Assembly: GCA_965233135.1 (NCBI GenBank)
Contig: CBDDRM010000185.1
Location: 9,290 to 73,289, forward strand
Direction of reading: 5' to 3'
From: an uncultured bacterium
Lineage (GTDB): Bacteria; Pseudomonadota; Gammaproteobacteria; Burkholderiales; JACQAP01
Length of the DNA: 64,000 nucleotides
The position numbers and the translations under genes were made by a program. The notes under the pieces are model-generated. The model made no database searches. It was not told the DNA's origin and was given only the letters and a program-made list of their open reading frames with translations. Below, piece by piece: positions 51,318 to 63,872 of this stretch. Position 1 is the first letter of the stretch, and each line of letters begins with the position of its first letter.

Positions 51318-51715
51318 AACACCATCGGCTTGCGTTCCTGCAATCTCAGCCATCCGCGAGCAATACGGTACATGACCCACAGACCGGCCGCGATAAACAT
51401 GATCCAGGCGAAAGGAATGCCGATCACGGTCACGAACAACATCATGGCGATCACGCTCCAGAGCAACGCAAACCAGAACGTGCGGATCTGCCAGCGAAAA
51501 TGCGATTCGAGGAAAGTGCCCCGCGTGTCGCTGCGATAAGCGTAGTTGATGATGACCGCGATGATCGACGGAATGCCGAACACGAACGCGCCGACGATGG
51601 TGACCGCGCTGGTCAGCCCGATGAGAATGCTCAGGGTGTGCAGCCCGTAGATCACCTGCGTGATGGTGATCAGCGAACTCGGGGCCGTGTCGCGGGATAC
51701 CTCGATGTCTGCCAT
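51314..51715 (-). CDS. Small 4-TM membrane protein (DUF4870/COG3671-like, tentative)
   Basis: Hydrophobic 133-aa product from MADIEVS. It lies 72 nt downstream of the RND gene on the same strand. The family assignment is tentative. Confidence 0.55.
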   Translation of the reverse strand: MADIEVSRDTAPSSLITITQVIYGLHTLSILIGLTSAVTIVGAFVFGIPSIIAVIINYAYRSDTRGTFLESHFRWQIRTFWFALLWSVIAMMLFVTVIGIPFAWIMFIAAGLWVMYRIARGWLRLQERKPMVF

Positions 51716-51787
51716 TGCCGCCCTCCAGTGTGCGTTACGTATTTCGACCGGCTGCAACACCGATAATTCCGCCGGCTCGCCTGGTGC

Positions 51788-54700
51788 TCAAGCCCTCGCG
51801 GTCAAACCCAGGCGGCGCGCGTGGCGTCGCGCGTTCCAGGTCCTGGTGCGCTCGAGATAAAGATAGATCACCGGCGTGATATACAGGGTGAGCAGCTGCG
51901 ACACCAGCAAGCCGCCGACGACTGCAAGCCCCAGCGGCCTGCGCGCCTCCGATCCGGCGCCGAGCCCCATCGCGATTGGCAGGGTGCCCATCAGGGCTGC
52001 GGCCGTGGTCATCATGATCGGCCGGAAGCGCACCAGACACGCTTCATAGATGGCGTCGGCGGGCGGCTTGCCGGACATGCGCTGCGCATCGATGGCAAAG
52101 TCGATCATCATGATGGCGTTCTTCTTGACGATGCCGATCAGCATGATCAGGCCGACGAAACCGTACATGTTCAGATCCATCTTGAACAGGATCAGCGTAA
52201 GCAGCGCGCCGAAGCCCGCAGTGGGCAGTCCCGACAGGATGGTGATCGGATGGATGTAACTTTCGTAGAGTATGCCCAGAATCAGATAAATCACGAACAC
52301 CGACATGAGCAGCAGCAGTCCCATGCCTGCAAGGGATGACTGGAAGGCTTGTGCAGTGCCCTGAAAGCTGCCGATCAAAGTCGGCGGAATGCGCAGTTCT
52401 GCGATCACGCCGTTGACTTGCTCGATGGCCTCGCTCAGCGCGACGCCTGGCTTGAGATTGAACGACAGGGTCACAGCCGGCAGCTGGCCCTGGTGCGCGA
52501 CCGTCAGCGGACTCACGCCGCGGCCGATGCGGGCCACCGAGGAGAGCGGGACCAGTGCGCCGGAACTGGAGCGTATATGGAGCATCGACAGCGCCTCCGG
52601 ACTGTTCTGATATTCCGGCGCGAGTTCGAGAATGACCCAGTATTCGTTGCTGGGCGTATAAATGGTCGAAACCTGGCGCGAGCTGAATGCGCTGTAAAGC
52701 GCTTCCTCGATCTGCTCGGCGCTGACACCCAGGGTCGAAGCCTTGTCGCGCTCGATTTCGATATCTACCGTCGGATTGGTGATCTGCAGGTCGCTGTTAA
52801 CGTCCACGAAACCCGGAAGGGCGCGGATTCTGTCTTCCAGAATCGGCGCCCAGTGATAAAGCTCGCTGGTGTCCGCATCCTGAAGCGTGTACTGATATTC
52901 GCTTTTGGTGATCTTTCCCCCGATGCGTACCGGCGGAATGTTCTGCAGGTAAACCTTCAGGCCGGGAATGACCGACAGCTTGGGGCGCAGTTGCTGGATG
53001 ATGGCATCGGCCGCCGGACGCCCGTCGCGCGGCTTGAGCTTCACCAGGATGCGCCCCAGATTGAGTGTCTGGCTGGAGCCCGAACTCGACGAGGGGCCGA
53101 TGAACGCCATGGCGCTGGCGACATTGGGATCGGCGCGAATGATGTTCGCCGCCTCGCGCTGCTTTTGCGCCATGGCGTCGAAGGAAATGTCCTGCGCCGC
53201 CTCGGTGAATACCAGCAACTGGCCGGTGTCGATGCTTGGCAGGAAACCCTTGGGCGTTGCATGGAACAGCCATGCCGTCGCCGCGAAGATTGCCGCGAAC
53301 AGGATCAGGGTCAGGCGATGGTGCTTGAGCGAATACTTGAGGGTGACGTCGTACAGATCGCGCAGCCGATCGAAGACGCGCTCGCTCCATTGATACGCAA
53401 CGCCGTGCTTCTGGCTGTGCGCAGGGCGCAGCCAGCGGCTGCACAACATCGGCGTGAGCGTCAGCGAAACCACGCCTGAGACCAGGACCGCGGCTATGAT
53501 GGTGACCGCGAACTCATGCAGCAGTTTGCCCAGCACCCCGCCCATGAACAGCACCGGGATGAACACAGCCGCCAGCGAAAGCGTCATGGACAAGATCGTG
53601 AAGCCGACTTCGGGCGCGCCGTCGTGCGTGGCCTGCATTGCGGACTTGCCCATTTCCATGTGGCGGTTGATGTTTTCCAGCATGACGATGGCGTCGTCGA
53701 CCACGAAGCCCACGCACAAGGTGAGCGCCATCAGCGAAATGTTGTTGAGGCTGAAGCCCGCAAGGTACATCACCGAGAAGGTGCCGACGATCGACATGGG
53801 CAGCGCCAGGCTGGGAATCAGCGTAGCGCTGAGGTTGCGCAGAAACAGGAAAATGACCAGCACCACCAGCGCCAGCGCCAGGATCAGCGTGAACTGCACG
53901 TCCTCGACCGATTCACGCACGGCGATCGAGCGGTCGTACAGGATTTCCATCTCCAGGCCCGCGGGCGCTTGCGCGCGAAAAGTGGGCAGCAGCTGCTTGA
54001 TCGTATCGACGATCTGGATGGTGTTGGTACCCGGTTGACGCTGAATGGCAAGCACGATGCCGCGCTCGTCGTTGTACCAGGCGGCGACCTTGTCGTTTTC
54101 GACCCCATCGATCACGCGGCCGACTTCGCTCAGGCGGACCGGTGCGCCGTTGCGCCACGCCACGACAACGGGGCGGAATCCGGCTGCGTCCTGCAGCTTG
54201 CCGTTCGACTCGACGGTGTAGGCGCGATGCGCGCCGTAGAGCGTGCCGGTGGGCAGGTTGGGATTCTGCCGCCTGACCGCATCGGCGACTTCATCGATTC
54301 CAATGCCGCGGGTGGCGAGCGATTTGGGATCGAGCTGGATGCGCACCGCGTATTTCTGCGAGCCGATGACCTGCACCTGGGCAACGCCATTGACCGTGGA
54401 GATGCGCTGGGCGAGCAGGGTCTGTGCGTATTCGTCCACGGTGGACAGTGGCAGCGTTCTGGAAGTCAGCGCCAGATAGAAAATCGGCGCATCCGCCGGG
54501 TTTACCTTCTGGAAAGACGGCGCCGTGGTCATCTGCGGGGGCAGTTGGCGGGCTGCGCGCGTAATGGCGGCCTGCACGTCCTGGGCGGCAGCATCGATGT
54601 TGCGGTCGAGCGAAAACTGCATGGTGATGCGCGTCACGCCCTGCGCACTGTTGGAATCCATCGATTCCAGTCCCGCGATGCTGGAGAACTCCTTTTCGAG

Positions 54701-54898
54701 GGGCGTGGCGACGGACGAGGCCATGGTTTCGGGGCTGGCGCCGGGTAGGGAAGCCGCCACCGCAATCGTCGGAAAATCCATGTTGGGCAAATCGGACACC
54801 GGCAGCAGCCGGTAGCTGAATACGCCGAACATGAAAATGCCGATCATGATCAGCCCGGTCATGACCGGGCGCGCGACAAAAACGCCCACGAAGTTCAC
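51788..54898 (-). CDS. RND efflux permease (MdtB/MdtC-class, third paralog in the cluster)
   Basis: 1036 aa from a GTG that overlaps the upstream MFP stop (GTGA). Motifs: FVARPVMTGL..., [14 protein letters not shown] and [15 protein letters not shown]. The 94 upstream codons of the ORF-track entry overlap the MFP gene and are rejected. Confidence 0.92.
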   Translation of the reverse strand: MNFVGVFVARPVMTGLIMIGIFMFGVFSYRLLPVSDLPNMDFPTIAVAASLPGASPETMASSVATPLEKEFSSIAGLESMDSNSAQGVTRITMQFSLDRNIDAAAQDVQAAITRAARQLPPQMTTAPSFQKVNPADAPIFYLALTSRTLPLSTVDEYAQTLLAQRISTVNGVAQVQVIGSQKYAVRIQLDPKSLATRGIGIDEVADAVRRQNPNLPTGTLYGAHRAYTVESNGKLQDAAGFRPVVVAWRNGAPVRLSEVGRVIDGVENDKVAAWYNDERGIVLAIQRQPGTNTIQIVDTIKQLLPTFRAQAPAGLEMEILYDRSIAVRESVEDVQFTLILALALVVLVIFLFLRNLSATLIPSLALPMSIVGTFSVMYLAGFSLNNISLMALTLCVGFVVDDAIVMLENINRHMEMGKSAMQATHDGAPEVGFTILSMTLSLAAVFIPVLFMGGVLGKLLHEFAVTIIAAVLVSGVVSLTLTPMLCSRWLRPAHSQKHGVAYQWSERVFDRLRDLYDVTLKYSLKHHRLTLILFAAIFAATAWLFHATPKGFLPSIDTGQLLVFTEAAQDISFDAMAQKQREAANIIRADPNVASAMAFIGPSSSSGSSQTLNLGRILVKLKPRDGRPAADAIIQQLRPKLSVIPGLKVYLQNIPPVRIGGKITKSEYQYTLQDADTSELYHWAPILEDRIRALPGFVDVNSDLQITNPTVDIEIERDKASTLGVSAEQIEEALYSAFSSRQVSTIYTPSNEYWVILELAPEYQNSPEALSMLHIRSSSGALVPLSSVARIGRGVSPLTVAHQGQLPAVTLSFNLKPGVALSEAIEQVNGVIAELRIPPTLIGSFQGTAQAFQSSLAGMGLLLLMSVFVIYLILGILYESYIHPITILSGLPTAGFGALLTLILFKMDLNMYGFVGLIMLIGIVKKNAIMMIDFAIDAQRMSGKPPADAIYEACLVRFRPIMMTTAAALMGTLPIAMGLGAGSEARRPLGLAVVGGLLVSQLLTLYITPVIYLYLERTRTWNARRHARRLGLTARA

Positions 54899-56055
54899 GA
54901 GGGCTTCTCCGCCGCCTTCACGCTGACGCGGGTGCCGGGCAGGATGCGCGAGGCCCCGTCCACCACCACGGTTTCGCCGGGAGCGACCCCTGACGCCAGC
55001 ACGGTTTCTTCGCCTTCGGTGCGGGCGACCTCGACCATGCGCAACTCGGCGCTCGCATCGGGCGTGACCACATAGACGAATTGTCCCTTGGGGCCGGTCT
55101 GCAGCGCCTGCGTGGGAACGACCAGGGCTTTGCTCTCGTCGCCCAGCGACAGCCATGCGTCGACGAACTGTCCTGGCCACAGTTGCTTTTCGCGATTCTC
55201 GAATACCCCGCGCAGCTTGATGGTCCCGGTGCTCAGATCGACGGCATTGTCGATGAACGCGAGCTTGCCGCGCAGCGCAGGGGTGCCCCGGTCGGTTACC
55301 GCCTCGACGCGCAGCGGCGCTGCCTTGTGTCGGTTGCGGATTTCGTTGAGGTATTGTTGCGGCACCGCGACGCCGACGTAGATCGGCGAGAGCTGGTTGA
55401 TGACCAGCATGGGCGCCGAGTCGTTGCCCTTGACCAGGTTGCCTCGGGATAGCATGACCTTGCCCACGCGCCCGTGGATCGGCGCGCGGATGGTGGTGTA
55501 GCCGAGATTCACGCGCGCGTTCTGCACGGCGGCTTCGTCGGCGCGCACGCTCGCTTGCGCGCCTCGCAGATTGGCGGCGACCTGCGCATAGCCCTCACGC
55601 GAGACGAAGTTCTGATTCAGCAAGTCCTGGTAACGCTGTTCCTGGCCTTTGAGATAGTCGAGTTGTGCCTGATTGCGCGCGAGATTGGCCTCGGCCTGCT
55701 CGAGTTGGGACTCGTAGGGTTTGCGATCGAGCTGGAACAGCAGATCGCCGGTCGCCACGTCCTGGCCATCGCGCACATGCACCTGCGTGATCTGGCCATC
55801 CACGCGCGCCTTGACCGTGACCGAGGCGATGGTTTCGACATTTCCGATGGCATGCACCCGCAAGGGCATGCTCTTCTGCACGACCTGCGCGACCAGCACG
55901 GGCACCGCCGGATCGGCTTTGCGCGCTTCGGCCTGGGCGCCGGTTTTGTCGGAACACGCGCCGAGCAGGCCGGTTGCAAGCAACATCGCGCACAGTGCAG
56001 CCGCGGACAGTTGCCTCATGCATGGGGCGTCTGGAAAAAGTAATCGGGTGTGCAC
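54895..56055 (-). CDS. RND efflux periplasmic adaptor (MFP) lipoprotein
   Basis: Lipobox LLGAC, a coiled-coil hairpin region and beta-barrel motifs. GTG at 56055 lies 7 nt after AAGGAGG and is preferred. An alternative ATG at 56019 lacks an SD. Confidence 0.88.
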   Translation of the reverse strand: MHTRLLFPDAPCMRQLSAAALCAMLLATGLLGACSDKTGAQAEARKADPAVPVLVAQVVQKSMPLRVHAIGNVETIASVTVKARVDGQITQVHVRDGQDVATGDLLFQLDRKPYESQLEQAEANLARNQAQLDYLKGQEQRYQDLLNQNFVSREGYAQVAANLRGAQASVRADEAAVQNARVNLGYTTIRAPIHGRVGKVMLSRGNLVKGNDSAPMLVINQLSPIYVGVAVPQQYLNEIRNRHKAAPLRVEAVTDRGTPALRGKLAFIDNAVDLSTGTIKLRGVFENREKQLWPGQFVDAWLSLGDESKALVVPTQALQTGPKGQFVYVVTPDASAELRMVEVARTEGEETVLASGVAPGETVVVDGASRILPGTRVSVKAAEKPS

Positions 56056-56159
56056 GTAACAGCCTCCTTGCAACGCCAAGCATGCGCGATTATCCGTGGC
56101 CCCGCGTGAGTCGCGCTTTTGCAGCATTCTGCGCCCATCGGTTGCGCGGCGCACGGGTG

Positions 56160-57641
56160 TCAGCGCGCCGGCATCGGTTCGCCTTGCGCGCCTGCGCTGC
56201 GTTGCGCCAGTTCGTCCGCCGCCGGCAGTTCGTCGGCACGCCAGCCGCCGCCCAGTGCGGTGATCAACAGCACGCTGGCGGCGAGTCTTCGGTTGAGGAT
56301 ATCGACGGCCGTGCGTTCATTGGCCAGCGCGGTTGCCTGCACCGTGACCACGCTCAGATAACTGACGATCCCGGCCTTGTACTGGTTGGTGGTGAGCGCC
56401 ACCGACTGGCGGGCGTTTTGCACCGCCTCGTCCTGAATGGCCGCTTCCTGCTCCAGGATGCGCAGCGCCGCGAGATTGTCCTCGACTTCCTTGAAGCCGG
56501 TCAGTACGGTCTGGCGATAGTCAGCCACGGTCGCATCGTAGGCCGCAACGGCCTGCCCGGTCTGCGCCCGGCGCAAACCGCCGTCGAACACCGATTGCGC
56601 CAATGCAGGCCCCAATGACCAGAAGCGGCTGGGCGCACTCAGCAGGTCGCCCAGGCTGGTACTCTGCAATCCGCCCGACGCTGACAGCGACAGCGAGGGA
56701 AAGTAAGCCGCTTTGGCGATGCCGATCTGCGCGTTTGCCGCAGCCATGCGTCGCTCGGCTGCGGCGATGTCCGGGCGGCGCTCGAGCAGGCTCGAAGGCA
56801 GCGCGGCCGGAACCGGCGGCGCCACTGCGACCAGAGGCGCGGGTGCCAGCGAAAAACTCGATGCCGGCTGCCCCAGCAGCAGCGCGATCGCGTGTTCGAG
56901 TTGCGCGCGTTGCACGCCAAGGTCGAGTGCCTGGGCCTGGGTGGTCTTGAGTTGCGTCTGGGCCTGGATCACGTCGACCTTGGCCACGATGCCGGCGGCG
57001 TACTGGTTTTGCGTGAGTTTCAGCGAGCGCTGGTAGGCTTCGATGGTGGCGTCGAACAGCTGCTTTTGCGTATCGAGCGCGCGCAACTGGAAGTAATTCT
57101 GCGCAAGCTCGGCGCGCACCGACAAGCGCAGCGCATCCAGATCCGCCGCGCTCGCTTGCGCGCTGGCCTGGTTGGCTTCGACGGTGCGGCGGATGCGCCC
57201 CCACAGATCGAGTTCCCAGACCGCGTCGAGCGACAGCGCGTAACTGGTGGCCGCAGCGCTGCCTTGTCCCGGGCTGGAGAACGCATTGGTACTGCGTCGC
57301 GAACGGGTGGCCAAGGCATTGGCCGAAACGCCGGGCGCGTAGCCGGCGCGGGCCGCTTGCACCAGCGCACGCGCCTGGCGGTACTGCGCCTCGGCCTGCA
57401 CCAGATTCTGATTGCCAAGCGCGACCTTCTCCATGAGCCGGGCGAGCGGCGCATCATTGAAAGCTTCCCACCAGTTGCCGCGCAATTCGCCGTCGCGCGG
57501 CTGCGCGGTTTTCCAGCCCTGCGATTCCTTGAAAGCCGGCGGCGTCCGGGTGACAGGCCGCACGTAGTCCGGCCCGAGCGTGCAGCCCGCAAGGCTGCCC
57601 AGCAACACCAGGCAAAAAAACCTGCTGCATGCGCGGTTCAT
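56160..57641 (-). CDS. RND efflux outer-membrane factor lipoprotein (NodT family)
   Basis: [29 protein letters not shown] (lipobox plus the NodT signature). The ATG overlaps the mdtC-like stop (ATGA). 493 aa. Confidence 0.9.
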   Translation of the reverse strand: MNRACSRFFCLVLLGSLAGCTLGPDYVRPVTRTPPAFKESQGWKTAQPRDGELRGNWWEAFNDAPLARLMEKVALGNQNLVQAEAQYRQARALVQAARAGYAPGVSANALATRSRRSTNAFSSPGQGSAAATSYALSLDAVWELDLWGRIRRTVEANQASAQASAADLDALRLSVRAELAQNYFQLRALDTQKQLFDATIEAYQRSLKLTQNQYAAGIVAKVDVIQAQTQLKTTQAQALDLGVQRAQLEHAIALLLGQPASSFSLAPAPLVAVAPPVPAALPSSLLERRPDIAAAERRMAAANAQIGIAKAAYFPSLSLSASGGLQSTSLGDLLSAPSRFWSLGPALAQSVFDGGLRRAQTGQAVAAYDATVADYRQTVLTGFKEVEDNLAALRILEQEAAIQDEAVQNARQSVALTTNQYKAGIVSYLSVVTVQATALANERTAVDILNRRLAASVLLITALGGGWRADELPAADELAQRSAGAQGEPMPAR

Positions 57642-60600
57642 GGCTGCTTTGTGACGGTTCGTTGCGGCGCGCTCGGGCGGCGCCGGAATCTGCGCTGGCA
57701 CCAGAGCGCGAAGCGGTCGAGATACAGGTACACCACGGGCGTGGTGTACAAGGTGAGCATCTGGCTCATGATCAGGCCGCCGACCACGGCAATGCCCAGA
57801 GGGCGGCGCAGTTCGGCCCCGTCGCCGAATCCGATCGCCAGCGGGATGGCGCCGAGCAGTGCGGCCATGGTCGTCATCATGATCGGACGAAAGCGCAGCA
57901 GACAGGCCTGATAGATCGCCTGCTCGGGCGCCATGCCCAGCCGGCGCTCGGCATCCAGCGCGAAATCGATCATCATGATGGCGTTTTTCTTGACGATGCC
58001 GATCAGCAGAATCACGCCGATCAGCGCGATGATGCTGAACTCCGTGTCGAAAGCCAGCAGCGCCAGCAGCGCGCCGACACCCGCCGAGGGCAGGGTCGAC
58101 AGGATCGTGAGCGGGTGAATGAAGCTCTCGTAGAGCATGCCCAGCACGATGTACACCGTGAGCAGCGCCGTCAGAATCAGCCACGGCTGGCTCTTGAGCG
58201 AGGCGGCAAATGCGCGGGCGGTACCCTGGAAGCTGCCCTGGACAGAAGTCGGTACGCCGATGCGCAGCAGCGTGGCCGAGATCGCGCTGGTTGCCTCCCC
58301 GAGTGATACGCCCAGCGGCAGATTGAACGAAATGGTCGAAGCCACGAACTGACCCTGGTGATTGACTGCGAGCGGCGTGCTGGTAGGAGCGTAGCTCGCG
58401 AAAGCGGACAGCGGCACCTGGGTGCCGTCGGCTGCGCTCACGTAAACTTGATCGAGTGACTCCGGGCTCTGCCAGTAGGCAGGAGCCGCCTCCATGACCA
58501 CGCGATACTGGTTGAGCGACGTGTAGATGGTCGAAACCTGGCGCTGGCCGAACAGGTCATTCAGCGTCGCGTCTATGGTGCGCGTGGTCACGCCAAGCCT
58601 TGCCGCCGCATCGCGATCGATATTGAGCGAGGTCTGGATGCCCTTGTCCTGGCTGTCGGTATTGACATCGGCCAATTGCGGCAACCCGGTCAGTGCCTGG
58701 CGGATGCGCGGCTCCCACGCGCGCAGTTGCTCCAGATCGTCGGCCTGCAAGGTGTACTCGTATTGTGCGCCGGCACCGCGTCCGCCCATGCGGATATCCT
58801 GGGATGCGCGCAGGAACAGGCTGGCGCCGGGCTCCTGGCGCAGCTTGCCGCGCAGCCGCTCCATGACCCTGTCCGCCGAAATTCCGCGCTCGTCGAGCGG
58901 CTTGAGCGAGATGAACATGGACCCGCTGTTGCGCTGCCCGCCGCCGGTGAAGGCGATGACGTTCTCCACGGCAGGGTCGCTGCGCACGATGTCGACGAAA
59001 GCGGCGAGCTTTTTCTGCATGGCCTGGAACGAGATCGCCTGGTCCGCCTGGATGAAGCCGATCAGGCGCCCGGTGTCCTGTTGCGGAAAAAATCCCTTGG
59101 GCACGATGACGTACAGGTACACGTTCAAACCGATGGTGGCTGCGAGCAGCAGCATCATGAGACGGCCGTGGCGCAGCGCCCAGGCAAGCGAGCGTTCGTA
59201 TCCGTGCGCGAGGGCTGCGAATGCGCGGCGGCTCGCGCGCGACAGGCCGCGCGCGCCGGCCTCCTTGCGTTCACGCTTGAGCAGGCGCGCGCTCATCATC
59301 GGCGTCGTGGTGAGCGAAAGCACGAGGGAAATCAGAATGGCCACCGACAGCGTTACGGCGAACTCGCGGAACAGGCGTCCGATGATGCCGCCCATGAGCA
59401 GAATGGGAATGAACACGGCGATCAGCGACAAGCTCATCGAGAGCACCGTGAAGCCGACTTCGCGCGCTCCCACGAGCGCCGCCTCGCGCGGCGCCATGCC
59501 CTGTTCGATGCGCCGCGAGATGTTCTCCAGCACAACGATCGCATCGTCCACCACGAATCCGGTGGCAACCGTCAGCGCCATCAGCGACAGGTTGTTCAGG
59601 CTGAAGCCGGCGAGATACATCACGCCGAACGTGCCGAGCAGGGACACCGGCACCACGACGCTGGGAATCAAAGCCGCGGCGGCTTTGCGCAGGAACACGA
59701 ATACCACCATGATGACCAGCGCGACCGAGATCAGCAGCGTGCGCTCGACTTCGTGCAGCGAAGCACGGATGGTGGGCGTGCGGTCGAACACGACTGCGAG
59801 ATCGATGGCGCTCGGAATGGAGGCATTGAGCAGCGGCAGCCTGTCCGTGATGCGATCAACCGTCTCGATGATGTTGGCTCCCGGCTGCCGGTAAAGGATC
59901 ACTAGAACAGCGGGGCGCGCATTGGCCGAGCCGGCATTGCGCAAGTCCTGCACCGAATCCTTGACCTCGGCCACGTCGGACAAATGCACGGCGGCGCCGT
60001 TGCGGTAAGCGACGATCAGAGGCAGATACTCGGAGGCCTCGCGAGCCTGGTCATTGGCGTGAATCTGCCAGTGCCGCGCGCCGTCTTCGACCATGCCCTT
60101 GGGCCGGTTGGCGTTCGCCGCGGCAATGGCGCTTCGCACCGCCTCCGTGCCGATGCCGTATTTATGCAGCGCGGCCGGAATCAGTTCCACGCGCACCGCG
60201 GGCAGCGAACTGCCCCCGACGCTGACCTGGCCGATGCCTTCGATTTGCGCAAGCTTCTGCGCGAGGATGCTCGAGGCGGCGTCATACATCTGTCCGCGCG
60301 ACAAGGTGTCGGAAGTCAGGGACAGGATCATGATCGGCGAATCCGCGGGATTCACCTTGCGATAGGTCGGATTGCTCGGCAGCCCGGTGGGCAGCAACGA
60401 GCGCGCTGCATTGAGCGCGGCTTGCACGTCGCGCGCCGCGCCGTCGATGTTGCGATCGAGGTCGAACTGCAGGGTCACGCGCGTGGATCCCAGCGAACTC
60501 GATGAGGTCATTTCGCTGACACCGGCAATGCGTCCCAAAGCGCGCTCGAGCGGCGTGGCCACGGTTGCCGCCATGGTCTCCGGGCTGGCTCCGGGCAGCG

Positions 60601-60748
60601 ACGCCTGCACCGAGATCGTCGGAAAATCCACTTGCGGCAAAGGCGCCACCGGCAGCAGCAGGAAGGCCAGGGCGCCCGAGAGCGCAATGCCCAGCGTGAG
60701 CAGCGTGGTGGCGACCGGCCGGTGCACGAAAAAAGCCGAAAAGTTCAC
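57638..60748 (-). CDS. mdtC: RND efflux permease, MdtC-like
   Basis: 1036 aa from a GTG overlapping the mdtB-like stop (GTGA). It is the second of two consecutive RND genes after an MFP, which is the mdtABC arrangement. Confidence 0.88.
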   Translation of the reverse strand: MNFSAFFVHRPVATTLLTLGIALSGALAFLLLPVAPLPQVDFPTISVQASLPGASPETMAATVATPLERALGRIAGVSEMTSSSSLGSTRVTLQFDLDRNIDGAARDVQAALNAARSLLPTGLPSNPTYRKVNPADSPIMILSLTSDTLSRGQMYDAASSILAQKLAQIEGIGQVSVGGSSLPAVRVELIPAALHKYGIGTEAVRSAIAAANANRPKGMVEDGARHWQIHANDQAREASEYLPLIVAYRNGAAVHLSDVAEVKDSVQDLRNAGSANARPAVLVILYRQPGANIIETVDRITDRLPLLNASIPSAIDLAVVFDRTPTIRASLHEVERTLLISVALVIMVVFVFLRKAAAALIPSVVVPVSLLGTFGVMYLAGFSLNNLSLMALTVATGFVVDDAIVVLENISRRIEQGMAPREAALVGAREVGFTVLSMSLSLIAVFIPILLMGGIIGRLFREFAVTLSVAILISLVLSLTTTPMMSARLLKRERKEAGARGLSRASRRAFAALAHGYERSLAWALRHGRLMMLLLAATIGLNVYLYVIVPKGFFPQQDTGRLIGFIQADQAISFQAMQKKLAAFVDIVRSDPAVENVIAFTGGGQRNSGSMFISLKPLDERGISADRVMERLRGKLRQEPGASLFLRASQDIRMGGRGAGAQYEYTLQADDLEQLRAWEPRIRQALTGLPQLADVNTDSQDKGIQTSLNIDRDAAARLGVTTRTIDATLNDLFGQRQVSTIYTSLNQYRVVMEAAPAYWQSPESLDQVYVSAADGTQVPLSAFASYAPTSTPLAVNHQGQFVASTISFNLPLGVSLGEATSAISATLLRIGVPTSVQGSFQGTARAFAASLKSQPWLILTALLTVYIVLGMLYESFIHPLTILSTLPSAGVGALLALLAFDTEFSIIALIGVILLIGIVKKNAIMMIDFALDAERRLGMAPEQAIYQACLLRFRPIMMTTMAALLGAIPLAIGFGDGAELRRPLGIAVVGGLIMSQMLTLYTTPVVYLYLDRFALWCQRRFRRRPSAPQRTVTKQP

Positions 60749-63700
60749 GGCCGAGCGCTCCCGCCGTGCGCCGGGTCGGCGCGCAAGCCGCCGCGTCGCG
60801 CGCGCCGGCTTGCCAGCCGATCGAACGCCAGATAGATCACCGGCGTGGTAAACAAGGTCAGCGCCTGGCTTACCAGCAGCCCGCCCACCATGGTGATGCC
60901 GAGCGGATGCCTCAGTTCGGAACCCACGCCGGTACCGAGCATCAGCGGCAGCGCGCCCAGCAGGGCGGACATCGTCGTCATGAGAATCGGCCGGAAGCGC
61001 AACAGGCAAGCCTGATGTATCGCGGCGCGGGCATTCATGCCTTCGCGGCGCTGCGCGTCGAGCGCGAAGTCGATCATCATGATGGCGTTCTTCTTGACGA
61101 TGCCGATCAGCAGGATGATGCCGATGATGGCAATGACGCCCAGGTCGGTGCGCGAGAGCATCAGTGCCAGCAACGCGCCGACCCCGGCCGAGGGAAGGGT
61201 GGACAGAATGGTAATCGGATGAACGTAGCTCTCGTAGAGCACGCCGAGCACGATGTACATGGTCACGATGGCCGCGAGGATCAGCAGCAAAGTATTGGCG
61301 AGCGAAGCTTCGAAGGCGAGAGCCGCGCCCTGAAAGCTGGTCTGCATGCTGGGGGGCAGGCCGATCTCGGCTTCGGCTGCGCGCACCGCGCGCACCGCTT
61401 CCCCCAGGGACGCGCCGGGAGCCAGGTTGAACGACAGCGTGGCCGCCGGGAACTGGCCGAGGTGGTTGATGGAAAGTGGCGACCTGCGCTCGCTCACGTG
61501 GGCGATGGTGGACAGGCGCACTGGTTGGCCATCCGCAGCCGCCACGAAAATGTCGTTGAGCGCGGCCGGACCTCTCTGGTATTCAGGCTGGACTTCGAGC
61601 ACCACGCGGTACTGATTGGATTGGGTGAAAATGGTGGAGATCAGGCGCTGGCCGAATGCGTTGTACAGCGCATTGTCGATGGCAGCCGGCGAGACGCCGA
61701 GACGGCTCGCGGTCGCGCGATCGATGTCGACATAGGCTTGCAAGCCCTGGTCCTGCAGATCGCTGACGACATCGGCGAGCTGCGGCGCCGCGCGCAGGCG
61801 CTCCACGAGCCTGGGTACCCACACGCTCAGATTTTCCGCATTCGCGTCTTCGACGCTGAACTGATATTGCGTGCGGCTGGCGCGGTCCTCGACGGTGAGG
61901 TCCTGCACCGGTTGCATGTAAAGCGCGATGCCCTCGATCTGCGCGAGGTGCGGCTGCAGCCGGCGAATGACACCGCGGGCATCCGTATCGCGCGCCCGAC
62001 GGGGCTTGAGGTTGATCAGCATGCGTCCGCTGTTGAGCGTGACGTTCGTGCCGTCCACGCCGATGAACGAGGACAGGCTCTCCACTGCGGGGTCCTGCAG
62101 CACCACGCTGGCAAGCGCCTGCTGGCGCTGCGCCATGGCGGCAAACGAAATTGACTGGGGAGCTTCGGAGATGCCCTGGATCACGCCTGTGTCCTGCACC
62201 GGAAAGAAGCCCTTCGGCACGAATAGATAGAGCACGACGGTCAGCGCGAGGGTGGCCAGCGCGACGAGCAAGGTGGCCGTCTGGCGATCGAGCACCCAAT
62301 CGAGCGCTCGACCGTAGCGCGCGATGACCGCATCGAAGAAACGCGCGCTCGAGCGGTAGAACCGACTTTGCTCGTGCGGCGGGATATGCCGCAGCAGACG
62401 CGCGCACATCATCGGTGTGAGGGTCAGTGACACGAAGGCCGAAATCAGGATGGCAACGGCCAGCGTAATGGCGAACTCGCGAAACAGCCGGCCGACCACG
62501 TCTCCCATGAACAACAGTGGAATGAGCACGGCAATCAGCGAAAAAGTCAGCGAGATGATGGTGAACGCGATCTGTTCGGCACCTTTCAATGCGGCCTGGA
62601 GCGGCTTCATGCCCTGCTCTATGTAACGGGCGATGTTCTCGATCATGACGATCGCGTCGTCGACGACAAAGCCGGTGGCGATGGTGAGCGCCATCAACGT
62701 CAGGTTGTTGATGCTGAAGCCGGCGAGATACATGAAGCCGAAGGTGCCAACCAGAGACAGGGGCACGGCAACGCTCGGAATGAAAGTGGCGGCGAAGCTG
62801 CGCAGGAACAAGAAGATCACCATGACCACCAGCGCGACTGCCAGCAACAGTTCAAACTGCACGTCCCTCACCGAGGCGCGGATCGTGGTGGTGCGGTCCG
62901 TCAGGATGCGCACGTCCACCGATTCTGGCAGCGTCGCCTGCAACTGCGGCAACAGTTTCTTGATGCGATCGACCACCTGAATCACGTTGGCGCCCGGCTG
63001 GCGCTGGATATTGAGAATCAGCGCGGGGCGTTCATCGGCCCACGCCGCCAGTCGCACGTTTTCGGCGTCGTCGATGACATGCGCGACGTCGGTCAGCCGG
63101 ATCGGCGCGCCGTTCTTGTAAGCGACGATGAGGCTTCGATACTCGTCGACAGATTTGAGCTGGTCATTGGCATCGATGGTGGAAGCGCGCGACGGGCCGT
63201 CGAAACTGCCCTTGGGCTGATTGACGTTGGCATTGCCGATGGCGATGCGCAGATCCTCAAGGCTCATGCCGTAGGCGGCCAGCGCTTTCGGGTTCGCCTG
63301 CACGCGCACGGCGGGCCGCTGCCCGCCCGACAGGCGCACCAGGCCGACGCCGGGCAACTGCGAGAGCTTTTGCGCGATGCGCGTTTCGATCAGATCCTGG
63401 ACCCTGGGCAGCGGCAGCGTACCGGATGTCACCGCCAGCGCCAGGATCGGCGTATCGGCGGGATTGATCTTGTTATAGATCGGCGGCGATGGCAGATCCT
63501 GCGGCAGCAGCGACGCAGCCGCATTGATCGCGGCCTGCACTTCTTGTTCGGCGACGTCGAGCGTCAGATCGAGACTGAACTGCAGGGTGATGACCGAAGC
63601 GCCGCCGGAGCTGGTGGACGACATTTGCTTCAATCCCGGCATCTGGCCGAACTGGCGCTCGAGCGGCGCCGTGATCGACGAGGTAGTGACCTCGGGACTG

Positions 63701-63861
63701 GCGCCTGGATACAGGGTCAGCACCTGTATGGTGGGATAGTCGACTTCAGGCAGTGCCGACAGTGGCAGCAGTCGATACGCGAACAGTCCGGAGAGCAAAA
63801 TGGCGACCATCATCAGCGATGTCGCCACCGGGCGCAGGATGAACAGCCGCGACGGATTCAT
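60745..63861 (-). CDS. mdtB: RND efflux permease, MdtB-like
   Basis: 1038 aa. The N-terminus [25 protein letters not shown] parallels E. coli MdtB (..[23 protein letters not shown]). Confidence 0.88.
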   Translation of the reverse strand: MNPSRLFILRPVATSLMMVAILLSGLFAYRLLPLSALPEVDYPTIQVLTLYPGASPEVTTSSITAPLERQFGQMPGLKQMSSTSSGGASVITLQFSLDLTLDVAEQEVQAAINAAASLLPQDLPSPPIYNKINPADTPILALAVTSGTLPLPRVQDLIETRIAQKLSQLPGVGLVRLSGGQRPAVRVQANPKALAAYGMSLEDLRIAIGNANVNQPKGSFDGPSRASTIDANDQLKSVDEYRSLIVAYKNGAPIRLTDVAHVIDDAENVRLAAWADERPALILNIQRQPGANVIQVVDRIKKLLPQLQATLPESVDVRILTDRTTTIRASVRDVQFELLLAVALVVMVIFLFLRSFAATFIPSVAVPLSLVGTFGFMYLAGFSINNLTLMALTIATGFVVDDAIVMIENIARYIEQGMKPLQAALKGAEQIAFTIISLTFSLIAVLIPLLFMGDVVGRLFREFAITLAVAILISAFVSLTLTPMMCARLLRHIPPHEQSRFYRSSARFFDAVIARYGRALDWVLDRQTATLLVALATLALTVVLYLFVPKGFFPVQDTGVIQGISEAPQSISFAAMAQRQQALASVVLQDPAVESLSSFIGVDGTNVTLNSGRMLINLKPRRARDTDARGVIRRLQPHLAQIEGIALYMQPVQDLTVEDRASRTQYQFSVEDANAENLSVWVPRLVERLRAAPQLADVVSDLQDQGLQAYVDIDRATASRLGVSPAAIDNALYNAFGQRLISTIFTQSNQYRVVLEVQPEYQRGPAALNDIFVAAADGQPVRLSTIAHVSERRSPLSINHLGQFPAATLSFNLAPGASLGEAVRAVRAAEAEIGLPPSMQTSFQGAALAFEASLANTLLLILAAIVTMYIVLGVLYESYVHPITILSTLPSAGVGALLALMLSRTDLGVIAIIGIILLIGIVKKNAIMMIDFALDAQRREGMNARAAIHQACLLRFRPILMTTMSALLGALPLMLGTGVGSELRHPLGITMVGGLLVSQALTLFTTPVIYLAFDRLASRRARRGGLRADPAHGGSARP

Positions 63862-63872
63862 GCGCGGCTCGC

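Noticed and set aside
54899-55180. N-terminal extensions of the ORF-track entries for the RND and OMF genes (54899-55180, 57642-58184 and 60749-61009) that overlap the preceding gene.
   Set aside because: - The extensions are Arg-rich, non-homologous sequence lying inside the upstream genes.
- Conserved N-termini (VNF..FV.RPV.., and MNRAC...LAGC) begin exactly at GTGA/ATGA stop-start overlaps, which are taken as the real starts.
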